DNA of 64,000 nt. Origin: Octopus vulgaris (taxonomy: Eukaryota). The stretch lies in contig OX597819.1 of NCBI GenBank assembly GCA_951406725.2, positions 129,022,001-129,086,000 on the forward strand, read 5' to 3'. The notes beneath the pieces were generated by a model, which saw only the letters and a list, made by a program, of their open reading frames with translations, searched no databases and was not told where the DNA came from. A program made the position numbers and the translations under genes. Below are positions 11,010-24,935 of the stretch, piece by piece; position 1 is the first letter of the stretch, and each line of letters begins with the position of its first letter.

Positions 11010-11905
11010 CTGGGAGGTCCTTGTCTCTTAAAGGCAATGTTCTACGACATCGTTGGTTGTTAAGCCCCTGTAGTGTCTAGTGATGCCACCAGATCATATG
11101 AGTATATGATCTGGTGGTATCACTAGACACTAAGGGGCTTAACCAACGACTAATGATGTCGGAGTAAGATTAACGCAACACAAGCATTTTCTCAGGTGTA
11201 AGAACAGGGCGATCTTTCATTTGGAAACTCTCTTCGAGAAATTGATGAGGGTTTCATTGACGATATACAGTTCTGTCTTCGATACTTTCATATGCGTTCA
11301 AAAAGAAGTCGGTTGAGCGCCCTTAGCATGAGAATCGGCTCATAGCCGGATCCACCCAGCATGCATAACGACCATTCGATGTATTTCCACGGGACAGTAA
11401 TTTTGGATACTTGACGACGGCGTAAAATCGGTTCCGTGGCTCTCAGAACACTCTGGACAAATCATACTGACTGTACTTCTGGTTTTGCAAAGCTTTTCTT
11501 GAATCATGATCACTGCCAGGTCAAGAAATTTCTGGAAGCATACACCTTGTTTTCAGCCATAACTGCAAAAGCCTTAGCTTTATTGATGGCTCTGACATAT
11601 TAATGATGTGACCTGAGGTCATTGAGTAGGTGGTCCTGCTTAAAGTCCCCACCCAAGCCATGAACACTCAAGCATCAAGTCTGAAATCCTATCATTGTTG
11701 CAGCAGAGAGAGAAATAAAAAAAATAGTTAGTTGTATTTTCTTGCCCATTGGGAGGTCACTGTCTCTCAAAGGCCGTGGTATACAGAGCCATACTCATAG
11801 AATCCGGTGGCATCACACGACACTACAAAAGCATAACAGCCAATGATGACAAAGGAAGATCGGCGCAACACAAGCAGTTTCCCAGTGTAAGAACAGGGCG
11901 ATCTC
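11010..11905 (-). mobile_element. Decayed element with diverged direct repeats (11010-11215, 11750-11905), probably PLE-derived
   Basis: Both repeats share TGGGAGGTC.TGTCTCT.AAAGGC and GCAACACAAGCA...GTGTAAGAACAGGGCGATCT; the minus strand between them reads STVSMICPECSESHGT, reminiscent of a GIY-YIG CxxC/YIG region. Confidence 0.4.
11045..11161. repeat. Hairpin with ~40-50 bp stem and 4-nt loop
   Basis: GTTAAGCCCCT(G)TAGTGTCTAGTGATGCCACCAGATCATAT-gagt-ATATGATCTGGTGGTATCACTAGACACTAAGGGGCTTAAC. Confidence 0.9.
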
Positions 11906-12059
11906 CTCCAATTTCCCCGTTTCCTGCAGACGTTAAAATCATCCACGAGTCCACATCCTCGTCCACACCACATTTCTTTATCTCATATCTGAAAACTTAT
12001 GGGTTTCAAATATCGCAAGAGTGCCGACTGTCTTCTCGCCTTTTCCCTTTTCATTGTTT

Positions 12060-12340
12060 ATTTTAAAGCCTGGTATTTATTCTATCAGTTTCTTTTTGCG
12101 AAACTGCTATGCTACAGGGAACATAAACAAAGCCCACCAGTTTCCAAGCAGTAATGACAAACACAAAAATGCAGACACGTACACATATGAGGGGCTTCCA
12201 AACAGTTTCTTTCCATTAAATTCACTCAGAAGTCATTGGTTAACCTGGGTCTGTAGTACAAGACACTCACCCTAAGTGCTTTACGATTGGACTGAACCCG
12301 AAGCTACGTAATTGGAAGTGAACTTCTTAATCATACAGCA
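12060..12340 (-). mobile_element. Decayed SINE family A
   Basis: Reverse-strand remnants of tail, body and GGACTGAACCCG B-box region. Confidence 0.6.
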
Positions 12341-12606
12341 ATGTCTAATCTGTACATTATGAGGAGATAAGTTTATCGTACGATACTCTTCACATTGCCC
12401 ATGTAGTAAACCTCCTGTCACACATCGTGATAGACCTTTTCGAAATAACCTTATAGGAGAATATTGAGCCCTCATTCATTCTTTGAGAATCAGCAACATG
12501 TCAATTCCTCTGATGCCACTCCGCCCCAAACATGATTTTCATGAGATGCACCACCCATTTTTCTTAATTTCTTATGTTCTTCAATACGATCAATGATTGC
12601 TGCTCC

Positions 12607-12968
12607 TGTTTGTTTGTTTGTTGAGCGAAGCGGTCTTCGTCCCATTAGTGGGAGAAGTCCGAATCGTGGTCCTTTGCTATTCGTAAGACCCGCAGAAGAG
12701 AAAGCAGGTCACCCCCCCCCCCCTCACCGACACCGAGAGCATCGACGGATGGATGAATGCGCATCCAGGCTCAGCGGTTGCGTAGGAAGTCGGGGACAAG
12801 AAACAGGAAGAAAGAGTACAACAGGGGTCGCCACCACCCCCTGCCGGAGCCTCGTGGAGCTTTAGGTGTTTTCGCTCAATAAACACACGCAACGCCCGGT
12901 CTGGGAATCGAAACCGCGATCCTCCGACCGCGAGTCCGCTGTCCTAACCACTGGGCCATTGCGCCTCC
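12607..12968 (-). mobile_element. tRNA-derived SINE family C
   Basis: Reverse complement of 54875-55250; tRNA head GGAGGCGCAATGGCCCAGTGGTTAGG...TTCGATTCC; (AAAC)n tail. Confidence 0.9.
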
Positions 12969-13608
12969 TGCAGCTCCTGTCTCTCTATTCAGTACAACAA
13001 TGTCTTGTTACTAGAACATTTACCTCTTCTAAATACCATCTGGTATGGTAGTGGTAGTGTTGGTGGTGGTGGTGGTTTTCACTGTTTTCGCTATTGTTGT
13101 TGTTGTTGTTGTCGGTGGTGGGGGTGAGAGTGGCTGTTTTTTGGTTGTTACGACTGCAATTAAGGAGAAGCAGTAATTTTGGCGAGAAGGTTTGTCGCTC
13201 ATGCCAACCCTTCCATACTTTCATCTATTGGAAGAGACCCTCTTTTTAGAATACCCACTAACACCACTTTATGATACTTCCTCGTTCACAATTATATTCG
13301 ACGCCATGTTTTGGGGAGCATTTTATTTAAGTATTCAGAATTTTTCGACAGAAAAAATATAAATACTCAACGAATTTGATTCCTGCAAGGAACAGAAATG
13401 AATTACCGATCCCTTTTCTATCCGTCTTCTCCTGGATTTTCCCACTGCAAAACGCTCAATAGCAACAAAATGTAACAAAAATGACAATAACAATGACAGT
13501 TATACAGAGAAGCAAAGAATCGTGGTGCTCAGACCCGAAGACAATAACAGTGGCTTTTAATTTAGGCGTAAACCCATCAAATTTGAGGGAAGGGGTTTTA
13601 ATCGATAC

Positions 13609-13818
13609 CTATTTCTTTACTACCCATAAGGGGCTAAACATAGAGGGGACAACAAGGACAGACAAACCCAGTGCGTAACTGATACTTAATTTATCGACCC
13701 CGAAAGGATGAAGAGCAAAGTTGATCTCGGCGGAATTTGAACTCAGAACGTAACGGCAGACGAAATACCACTAAGCATTTCGCCCGGCGCGCTAACCTTT
13801 CTGCCAGCTCGCCGCCTT
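13609..13818 (-). mobile_element. SINE family B inserted into an older family B copy (13560-13995)
   Basis: GGCGGCGAGCTGGCAGAA head, GCCTTTCATCCTTTCGGGGTCGATAAA-type central domain (Meta/Sauria-like); imperfect TSD GTTTTAATCGATACC / GTTTTAGTGGATACC. Confidence 0.85.
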
Positions 13819-14018
13819 AAGTTTTAGTGGATACCATCAACCCGATACTTGAATCGTTGCATTTTATTGGATCCAGGAGGATAAAAGACAAAGTTGAACA
13901 TGGTGAGATCTGAACTCAGAACTTATAGGATTTAGAAAATATACCACAAGGAGTGCTGTCTGCTGTCCAACAATTCTGCCTATTTACTGCCTTAATTATA
14001 ATAATATTAAAAGGGAGG

Positions 14019-14192
14019 TAAGGCGGCGATCTGACAATCGTTGGTACGCCGGACTAAATGCATAGCGGCATTTCGTCCGTTTCCACGTTCTGAGTTCAAA
14101 CTCCACCGAGGTCGACTTTGCCTTTCATGCCGATGTAATCGACCTACAACCTCCCAGAAGTTGCTGGCCTTGTGTCAAATTTTGAAACCAAT
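14019..14192 (+). mobile_element. SINE family B with the alternative tail
   Basis: Head and GAGGTCGACTTTGCCTTTCAT; tail GCTGGCCTTGTGTCAAATTTTGAAAC. Confidence 0.8.
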
Positions 14193-14224
14193 ATTACAAA
14201 AGGAGGAGAGATTGTGAGAGAGAG

Positions 14225-14275
<51 letters not shown>

Positions 14276-14734
14276 AGGAAGAAGAAGAAACATTTGGTGC
14301 AGATAAAATAACAGTGAAAAATTATCAGGTGGTAAGGGAAATGAGTGTTGGTGATGGAGCGGGGGAAACTTCAGATGTAAAGATAATGAGAATAATTAAA
14401 AAATATCTTAATGAACGATAGACAGTATGCAAATGGTTATAACTTAATCTGATACTGACAAGTTCGAATTCTATTTCTCATTTGTCAAGCTTCTTGTTCG
14501 TTCATGTTAATATTGATGTTGATGCTGTTGTGGTAATTAACGAATTCTAAATGTGAGTTATATAAACGGCAGTAATATTAGTCTAGTGATTATTTTATAT
14601 ATTTATTTATATCTGTTAAACTCTCTCTCTTTCTCACTCTCTCTCTCTCTCTCTCTCTCTCTCGCCCACTATACACACACACATATGTATATATGTATAC
14701 ACATATATGTTGGACAGTTTATCTCTTTCTCTCT

Positions 14735-14738
14735 TTCA

Positions 14739-14804
<66 letters not shown>

Positions 14805-14910
14805 ACATACATACATACATACATACAAACATACATACGTACATACATACATACATACATACAACAAACACACATACATACATACATACATACATACATA
14901 CATACATACA

Positions 14911-14940
<30 letters not shown>
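14735..14940. repeat. Compound (ATCT)n-(ACAT)n microsatellite
   Basis: Direct inspection. Confidence 0.95.
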
Positions 14941-14942
<2 letters not shown>

Positions 14943-15074
14943 CGGTGTTCGTATGAGTAATGTGTGGATACATACGTATAAATGTACGTATACATAGTCA
15001 TATAAATTTATATAGTTATGGTTATGTACATGTATATGTGCATACACATATGCATTATATATATATATCTATAT

Positions 15075-15500
15075 ATACAGTGTACATTTAAACACATAAG
15101 AGGGACCATTATAGGACACCTAGCATGCTAGAAGGAGTAACCAAAAATCCAAACCACTATTAGGGATGAATTTTGAAGGGAATGAAAAATAAAAACCTAC
15201 TGAAGAAAGCTCCGCCTAGTAAATTATTTTATTTGCTAATTTAGAGGTCGAAACCATGGTCCAGGAGATAGATGGTAAATGTTTTTATTTTTTATTCCCT
15301 TCGAAATTTATCCCTAATACTGGTTTGGATTTTGGCTACTCCTTCTAGCATGCTAGGTTTCCTATGATGGTCACCTCCTATGTGTTTAAATGTACACTGT
15401 ATTTATATGAATAATATACAGTCTATTGACTAGTTTTCTAGATGCTAGGCCAATGGTAGTAAAAAATTTCTAAAATTTTTTCTTACCCTGATATTTATTA

Positions 15501-15503
<3 letters not shown>
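15075..15503 (+). mobile_element. PLE pLTR end with 5' inverted duplication, inserted in (TA)n
   Basis: Arms 15075-15196 and 15281-15402 are diverged inverted repeats; the spacer carries an HHR; a unique tail runs to the (TA)n. Confidence 0.75.
15196..15265 (+). ncRNA. Type I hammerhead ribozyme with decayed stems
   Basis: CCTA-CTGAAGA-AAGCTC...GAGGTC-GAAA-CCATGG-TC-CAGG; palindromic ACCATGGT stem III, GUC triplet; mismatches in stems I and II. Confidence 0.7.
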
Positions 15504-15547
<44 letters not shown>

Positions 15548-15553
15548 TTACAT

Positions 15554-15584
<31 letters not shown>

Positions 15585-16038
15585 AAGATTGTTCTGTTTA
15601 TCAAGTTCGCCTTGATATTAACTCTCACGCGACTCTGCATCTTTCTTTCTTTCTTTCTCTCCCATTCCCTTTTTCGTCTTTTTTTCCCTCACTTAACTTG
15701 TCTCTTCCTCTCTCTCTCCCCCTCACTGTTCTTCATGGTCTCCTCGCACCATTCCCCTTCTTCTCTCTCTTCCTCTCTCGTCGTCCACTATAATCCAGCG
15801 TTTGCAATACTTTTTTCGTCTGGCGTTAACAGCCCTTCTTATCTTGTTCTCCTTGTCCTGTCTCTCACTGTTATATATTTATTTTTCCACTGTTTATATA
15901 TATATTTTTTACTGTTTATATGTTTGTACTGTCGTTACCGTCTTGCCTTTTTTTACCCTCTGCGACAAGATCTCAGAATTTTGATTGATTTGCTTTTCGC
16001 GGAAGGAATTTTTCATTCGAAGTATACGTCTCGCTTTT

Positions 16039-16088
16039 ATCCTTCGAAACGTTTAGTAGATGAAACTTTAGCGACTGAAGAAGGGGAT
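16039..16088 (+). ncRNA. Permuted (type II-order) hammerhead-like motif
   Basis: ATCCTTC-GAAAC-GTT-TAGTAGA(tgaaac)TTTAGCGA-CTGAAGA-A-GGGGAT; stem I imperfect. Confidence 0.4.
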
Positions 16089-16308
16089 TTTTCGTTGTGC
16101 TTATTGTCCTGTATTTCCTTTTTTTGCTTGTCTTGTTCCTTGGTTTGTGTCTATGTTTTTCGTCTCTCTATGTGTTCGACGTCCTTTGGTGTCCTGTACA
16201 CATATATGCGTGTATATGTACATGTAGAGGTAGGTACGTACATATATGTTTATATATATGCATATATTTTATTAACATATATATATATATATATATATAC
16301 TTACATAC

Positions 16309-16343
<35 letters not shown>

Positions 16344-16571
16344 ATATATATATAAATATATATATAATATATAGATATATATTATATACATATAATATAT
16401 ATATACTTATATATATATAATATATATATATTATATATATAATATATATATGTGTATATATGTGTGTGTGTGTGTGTAATATATATATATTATACACACA
16501 CGTGCGTGTTTATGTGTGTGCTATTCAGTGCAGCTAATCTTATTTCTCTCCCCCTTCTACGTATTTCTCTC

Positions 16572-16631
<60 letters not shown>

Positions 16632-16737
16632 TATATGCCACACTTTTCCCAGCCAAGAAACTCTGTATGTCTATCTTTCTACTACCTAATTAAGCAATTA
16701 CCTTCTCAAGTAGAATGAACATGTTTATCTTGTTTAT

Positions 16738-16876
<139 letters not shown>

Positions 16877-17179
16877 TAGATCGAAGGCAAGATAATTATA
16901 CTTGTAATTAACAAGTATGATAATCTATAGAAATGGTAAGAAATATTTACCATATTGAAGTGACAATTTTAATAAAAGTAATTTGCTTTCAGTTTTTTTC
17001 TTTTAGTTTTTTTCTCCTTTTTCAGATGGGTTTAAAGCATATATCTGATAAGTTCTTCACACACACACACACACACACACACACAATTACTAATATACAT
17101 CATTATCACCATCACCATTAACGTCATCAACAACTACGACAGCTCAATCATAATCTTCACCTTCGTTATCACCTGTCGC

Positions 17180-17357
17180 TTGATCACCATCATCATCACC
17201 ATCATCACCATCGTCGTCGTCGTCGTCATCGTTGTAGTCGACGTCAGCGTCATCATCATCGACAGACGTCATTGTAGTCATCGTTGTCCGTTGCTTTCGT
17301 CAATACCACAACCACCACCATTGTAATCATCACCATCATCTTCATCATCATCATCAT

Positions 17358-17388
<31 letters not shown>

Positions 17389-17477
17389 TTCATCATCATC
17401 ACCATCATCATCATCAACACCATCAGTATCATCATCATCATCATCATCATTATCATCATCACCACCATCACCATCGC

Positions 17478-17521
<44 letters not shown>

Positions 17522-17537
17522 CCATCACCATCATCAC

Positions 17538-17570
<33 letters not shown>

Positions 17571-17612
17571 TATCACCATCATCATCATCATCATCATCAT
17601 CATCACCATTGT

Positions 17613-17659
<47 letters not shown>

Positions 17660-17693
17660 CCATCATCTCGATCATCATCATCATCACCATTGT

Positions 17694-17752
<59 letters not shown>

Positions 17753-17820
17753 CCATCTTCTCGATCATCATCATCATCACCACCAGCACCATCGTCATCA
17801 TCATCATCATCACCATCGTG
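17180..17820. repeat. ~640-bp imperfect (ATC)n trinucleotide tract
   Basis: Gives the poly-I, poly-M and poly-D ORFs in the track. Confidence 0.95.
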
Positions 17821-18232
17821 GTTTTTGTACTTTTTTCCAACCAGGTACATCTTAGAGACATGACAAAAAACATTGGTTCCTGCGTGCGTTTTGTGAGAAT
17901 CTGGGTTACAACCAATTTACAATTTACCGAGATGCGGCTTCGTCATCTGGAGTTACTTTGTCGCTGTTTTTTATTTTTTATTTCATGTAGTTTCCTTTTT
18001 TTTCTTTTTATTGTTAGCACTGTCATGTCTACTTGTCTCCGATTACAATTCTATTCAATGCATTATAGGAATATTAATGGGTCCCAACACACTTGGGCAA
18101 CAACAACAACAAGGTAAACTTAGGCAGGTTTACCTTGTTGTTGTTGTTGTTGTCGTCGTCGTCTGACAAAGTACACGCGTTTACTCTCTTTCACTTTGCC
18201 TTTGATTGTGATATCAGATTGGCTTGATCTCA

Positions 18233-18286
<54 letters not shown>

Positions 18287-18298
18287 TATATATACACA

Positions 18299-18343
<45 letters not shown>

Positions 18344-18387
18344 CGTGTATATATACGTGTGTGTGTAAATATATATATATATGTGTA

Positions 18388-18485
<98 letters not shown>

Positions 18486-18954
18486 CATACATATGCATTA
18501 TATATTTACGTATCTGTGTGTGTATATATGCATGTATGCGTGTGTATAGCACTTTCTTTTTCTGTCTCTCTCTCTCTCGGTCTCTCTCTCTCTCTCTCCC
18601 TCCCTCTCTCCCTCTCCCCCTCTCTCTGTGACAGTCTGGATCATTGGGGTTTTTTATCACGTGGAGCCACAAAACGTAATCATAATACCCCTCGGTTCTC
18701 AAAGATATATTTCATCTTCGGATAAACCAACCTTATACTTAAGCGCGTTTTGAAAAAAAAAAATCTTTCATAATTCATTGTACGAATATCTGATTAACAA
18801 AAGAAGATAATCAATAGTTTTTTTTTCTTGTGTTTTTTTAATAAATATTATTTTCTACATTTTTCATTTGAAAACAGTTTTCTTTTGAACGAACCATTCG
18901 AAATACGTTGCATCAATGCTTTTTCATTTTTATATTTTTTCATCAAAGTGCCAC

Positions 18955-19370
18955 GGAACCTTCAAGATGGATAGCAATTTGTACGGACAAGTGACACAGA
19001 ATCTGGACAGATGATTGAGAATCTAGACAAGGGATAGAGAATGTGGACAGGTGATGGAATATCATTTCTTCACACGTACAGAAATTTGATGTCGATGTTG
19101 CAAGGCAGCCCAAGTAGGGGTTTGCAGAGTGTTCAATCTGCAAAGCTTTGGTTGGGGTTAGACTTAGTGGTGCAGCAAAGAGGACGACCGTAAATTCCAT
19201 AACTGAAACTGGATTAAAAGAGAAGACCGGAGATTTGTGGCCACTGAGAGGAAAGCTGGATTTGGATCGGTCCCATATGGATCACTTGGGAACGTAGAAC
19301 TCCTTCGAACCCCAGAAATATCGCTGCTGGTACATAAAAGAGAATCCGTGAGATGTATCTTGGAACTAGG
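18955..19370 (+). mobile_element. Decayed RTE-like LINE 3' region; second copy at 23950-24290
   Basis: 19209-19354 is clearly homologous to 23958-24124; translation hints VARQP...QRGRP...WIKREDRR. Confidence 0.45.
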
Positions 19371-19454
19371 CATCATGACAACAAGGATCCCTCTGCGTAG
19401 TTCAGTTCACCGACTTGCTAGATATTGTAACCAAATTTCTCTCATGATGGTTTC

Positions 19455-19820
19455 AGATTTTGGCTCAAGGCCAGCAATTTTAGGGGAGGGGTTAAGTCGA
19501 TTACGCCGACCCCAGTGTTCAAGTGGTACTTATTTTATTGCCCTCGGGGATTAAAAGCAAAGTTGACCCCGGTGGCATTTGAACTCAGAACGTAAAGTCG
19601 GAAAAAATGCCGCATTTTGTCCGGCGCAGTAATGAATTTGCCAGTTGGCTACCTTGAATTTTCCTCATATTACGACTCTTATACTTAAGTTTTATCGATC
19701 TAGAAAGGATGAAAGGCAAAGATGACATCGTTGGCATTTGAACTTAGAGTGTAAAGAGTAGGAACAAATACCGCTTGGCATTTTATTTTGTCTGGCGCTT
19801 TAACCGTCCTGCCTAACCAC
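19455..19820 (-). mobile_element. Two decayed SINE family B copies
   Basis: GGCATTTGAACTCAGAACGTAA and AAAGGATGAAAGGCAAAG motifs. Confidence 0.75.
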
Positions 19821-19828
19821 GTAATACA

Positions 19829-19903
<75 letters not shown>

Positions 19904-19904
<1 letters not shown>

Positions 19905-20411
19905 TCATGTCTTAACTGATTGGAAGTATTATCATGTACATTGTTTTGTCTTGGTATAAAAGATGGGCTACAGCAAATATTCTGCTCAATACCACAGATC
20001 TGCTTGTCAGTTGTTTGACCATTAACCAGTTGACCATGTCCCTTAGTGGCTGACAATATGTGCATCTCTGATCACGAGCAGAAGTAGTGGTGGAGCACCA
20101 TAGCCGTGTGTTGAGAGGGATTCTTAGAGGTTTGGATAATTCACCTTAGGAAAGACGGGTGGTTCGTTCAACATCCTTAAACAATCCTTATCCAGGGACC
20201 TTTTGAGTGGGATAGGCTACTCGACGAGAAGAAAATTCTAACTGGTCATGCGCTGTTTATCATGACATAAGATCACCATATCGCGCACATATGGCTGTGA
20301 TGCATGTGCCTGGTGTACCCTTATCAGACGGGTAGTCATGATGGGTATATTGGGCTTCGTATATTTTACCCCAGTGTCACTTTGATGGCATGCACTGCTC
20401 TCTCACTCAAT
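19904..20411 (+). mobile_element. Non-coding insert flanked on both sides by (TAA)n, probably the 3' UTR of a Dong-like LINE
   Basis: (TAA)n at 19829-19903 and 20412-20490; identity inferred from target site only. Confidence 0.4.
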
Positions 20412-20412
20412 G

Positions 20413-20489
<77 letters not shown>

Positions 20490-20490
<1 letters not shown>

Positions 20491-20900
20491 TCTCGGCGAA
20501 AGAGTTTGACAAGCTCAGAAAATATAAAGACCTGCTCATTGAAATTGAGAAAATGTGGCATCTCAAGGCGGTTACAATACCAGTGACCGTAGGAGCACTA
20601 GGAATGATCAAGAAGGGAACCGAAAATTATATGAGAATGATCCCTGGCTTACCATCCCTGCAAGAAGTGCAAAAGATTGTCTCAACTGGTACATCACACG
20701 TATTGAGAAGAACATTGTCGATGTGAGAACTATTACTACCCATGTATTTTAATTTAACTTAAAAAAAAAAAAGAAAATGAACGAACTAGTGAGTTTAGTT
20801 TAATGGCCTACCAATGTATACTATGAGTTTCTTTGCCCTAGGAGTCGGGAAGACACTCGGCAAGAAATGGAAGCAAATTTGAAAGAAGAAAAAAAAAGAT
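20490..20900 (+). mobile_element. R4/Dong-clade LINE 3' fragment (restriction-like endonuclease C-terminus plus 3' UTR)
   Basis: KLRKYKDLLIEIEKMW...IPVTVGALGMI...VQKIVSTGTSHVLR, stop at 20726; bounded by (TAA)n, the known Dong target. Confidence 0.85.
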
Positions 20901-21584
20901 AATAATAATAATAAATAAACTAAATAAAATATAACGTGATGGCCATGGCTGGAATGTATTTCATCTTATGTTTATAAGATAACGGATGACCCCTAAAATC
21001 AATATCAACAGCAACAACAGTAAGGTCAGTTATAACAATAACACCTTCTGAAATTAGTGTGTTTGTAATAATAGCCATTTTCTGTTTTACTATGAACGTG
21101 TCGGCATTTTGCCCGGGGAACGTTAGGTAACCCTGTCATGTCTGTGAATCAGCACTCTCATTATAATAGCTGGATAACCGGAAAAGGAGTCTATTGTTCC
21201 TTGGTTTTTCCACAGTATATATAGCCTGCAGCTAACATTAGCTTATTGTTTAATTACTTTATTGCCGCACTTACTTTGCTTAGTCATTTATTTATGTATT
21301 TTCTGATGGAGTTTGTGAAGAGTAAGCATCGTTAGCTACAGCTTTCCGACGGACCGGTCGTCGCTGGTTCTCCGTTTTATAAAACGGCAGAGATAAGAGA
21401 CGATCTGTAAATCGAGGTCAAAGGGCTTCGTTTGAAAATCACCGCTTTTTTTCTAAGGAAATTTTTTGTTTTGTTTTGTTTTTGCCGATGTTTATATCCA
21501 ACGCCAACATAAACCGGCAAAAGAGATACATACACATACAGTATACACACACATCGACAAACACACATACACACATCAACACAG

Positions 21585-21710
21585 CAATACACACACATCT
21601 ACAAGTCAACGTACACATCAACACATTAACACACACACATCTACACGTCAACGTACACATCAACACATTAACACACACATATCAAGACACACACATCAAC
21701 ATACTCACAC
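21585..21710. repeat. CA-rich minisatellite, ~39-bp unit
   Basis: ACACACACATCTACA(A/C)GTCAACGTACACATCAACACATTA occurs twice, plus a partial copy. Confidence 0.75.
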
Positions 21711-22284
21711 ACGCACACAAGCATCTGCGCACCCTCGTGCATGTATGTTCGTTCGTGTGTAAGTTCCAAAGGAGAAATGTCTTCTTTGCTTAACCAGGAA
21801 ACATCGAATATCCTGAATAACCTTGATTACTAAAGCTAACACCTTTTCCAGTTGCCTTGCGTTGCCAAATGAAAGAGGCGCGAAGAAAGCCGTTGAACTC
21901 AATTGAAAGTTGTATCGGATAACAGCGGTTCGACCTTTAGTCTAGAAACAAATATTGAAAGTTAAGAATTCGTTTGCCTTAATCTCTGACCTGAGAGCCC
22001 TCCGGAAGAGACTCCTTAAAATACTTCCGTCGACGTCTACAACACATATGTCTCGTATCATATTCTAGATCACTAATACTCTATAAAATGATAGAAAATA
22101 AAGTTTTGTGATCCACCTGCTGCATAATTTTACTTATGAAGGAATTGGAACGTCTGGCAGCAATCCAGATATCAAATACTAAATCTTAGTCTATGCTTGT
22201 CCGGGAACTGAGTTACTAACGAATTTACTGAAAATCTATCGTCAGGCGTATGCAGTCAGCTTTGCTACGTTTCTGTATCTTTTT

Positions 22285-23450
<1,166 letters not shown>

Positions 23451-23590
23451 GTTGCAGGTGTGGCTGAGTGGTAAGAAAAGGAGAACAAATTTAGAGTGGT
23501 TCGTAGACATCTGACATTTACTTCTAGCGTGTTGACGTTGTCCCTCCAGCGCTCTTAATTGTAATTACGTGTTGATAATTATATACTTAT

Positions 23591-23621
<31 letters not shown>

Positions 23622-23668
23622 AATACATAGATATACACATACATATACATATATATATATATATACAC

Positions 23669-23742
<74 letters not shown>

Positions 23743-24324
23743 TTAACAAAAGTCGGGATGCGTGGCGTTCAGTTACTCAATAAATGAAAATTGCATTAAA
23801 TACTAAAAATCTTATCCGTAGGACAGTCACGGAAGGACTCTATTAACATATCGATTGATAAATGAAGAAGAATTCTTCTTTAGTTATCAATCGATATGTT
23901 AATACACAGTTTCATGCCTTTAATGATAAGCCTGAAAACTTCGCAAATCGGCTGAAGCTGGATTAAAAAAGAAGACCGAAGGTTTGTGGCCACTGAGACG
24001 AAAGCTGGATTTGGATGAGTCCCATATGGATCACTTGGGTGAGGGAGATCTAATATTGAAAGACATGGAACTCCTTGGAACCCAGAAACCTCGCTGCTGA
24101 TGCATACAAGAGAATCCGTGAGATTTGCGGAGAATTGGGGCTCGAACAAACAAAACGATGCAGGGTGGACGTATGAAAGTTTAAAAAAATGTAATTCAAA
24201 TGATTGAGGAAGACGGAATAAATAGGGTCTTTCGGCCAAACAGACGAGAATAATGGGTAACGACTGCAAGAAATCCTGAATGGATATAGAAAGAGAAATA
24301 GCAAGAGAAGAGATAGATATTCTT

Positions 24325-24732
24325 TTCAAATCTAGGTACAAGGCCCGAAATTTTGGGGGAAGGGGCCATTCGATTAGATCGACCCCAGTACGCATCTGGT
24401 ACTTAATTTATCGACCCCGAAAGGATGAAAAGTAAAGTCGACCTCGGCGGAATTTGGACTCAGAACATAAAGATGAAATACTGCTAAGCATTTCGCCCGG
24501 TGTGCTAACGTTTCTTATTTTTTATTTCTTTATTGCCCAGAAGGGGCTAAACATAGAGGGGACAAACAAGGACAGACAAACGGATTAAGTCGATTACATC
24601 GACCCCATTGCGCAACTGGTACTTAATTTATCGACCCCGAAAGGATGAAAGGCAAAGTTGACCTCGGCGGAATTTGAACTCAGAACGTAACAGCAGACGA
24701 AATACAGCTAAGCATTTCGTCCCACCACCTTA
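24325..24732 (-). mobile_element. Two adjacent SINE family B copies with different tails
   Basis: CTGGTACTTAATTTATCGACCCCGAAAGGATGAAA occurs twice. Confidence 0.85.
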
Positions 24733-24903
24733 AGAGGAGATAGATATTGACCGGCAAGCTAAGCCTCTGGTGGCGAAAGGCAGAGAGATGGAAAAATTAG
24801 TCACTGGTCACGTGTGGGCAGTAGATAGAGGGGAAGGAGGATGAGGGAGAAGGAGAGAGAGAGAACATGGATGGAAGGGAGAAAGTCTACAAGTAGAAGT
24901 GAT

Positions 24904-24935
<32 letters not shown>

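Noticed and set aside
15612-16355. 247-aa hydrophobic ORF resembling a membrane protein
   Set aside because: Made of CT-rich and TA microsatellite sequence plus a repeat UTR; a composition artifact
17256-18117. Poly-Asp, poly-Met and poly-Ile ORFs suggesting an acidic biomineral-type protein
   Set aside because: An (ATC)n microsatellite open in several frames, with no signal peptide or unique coding flanks I can support
21330-21450. CpG-rich patch with palindrome CCGTTTTATAAAACGG and AGGTCAAAGGGC (DR1-like)
   Set aside because: Short motifs are plausible by chance, with no supporting gene context
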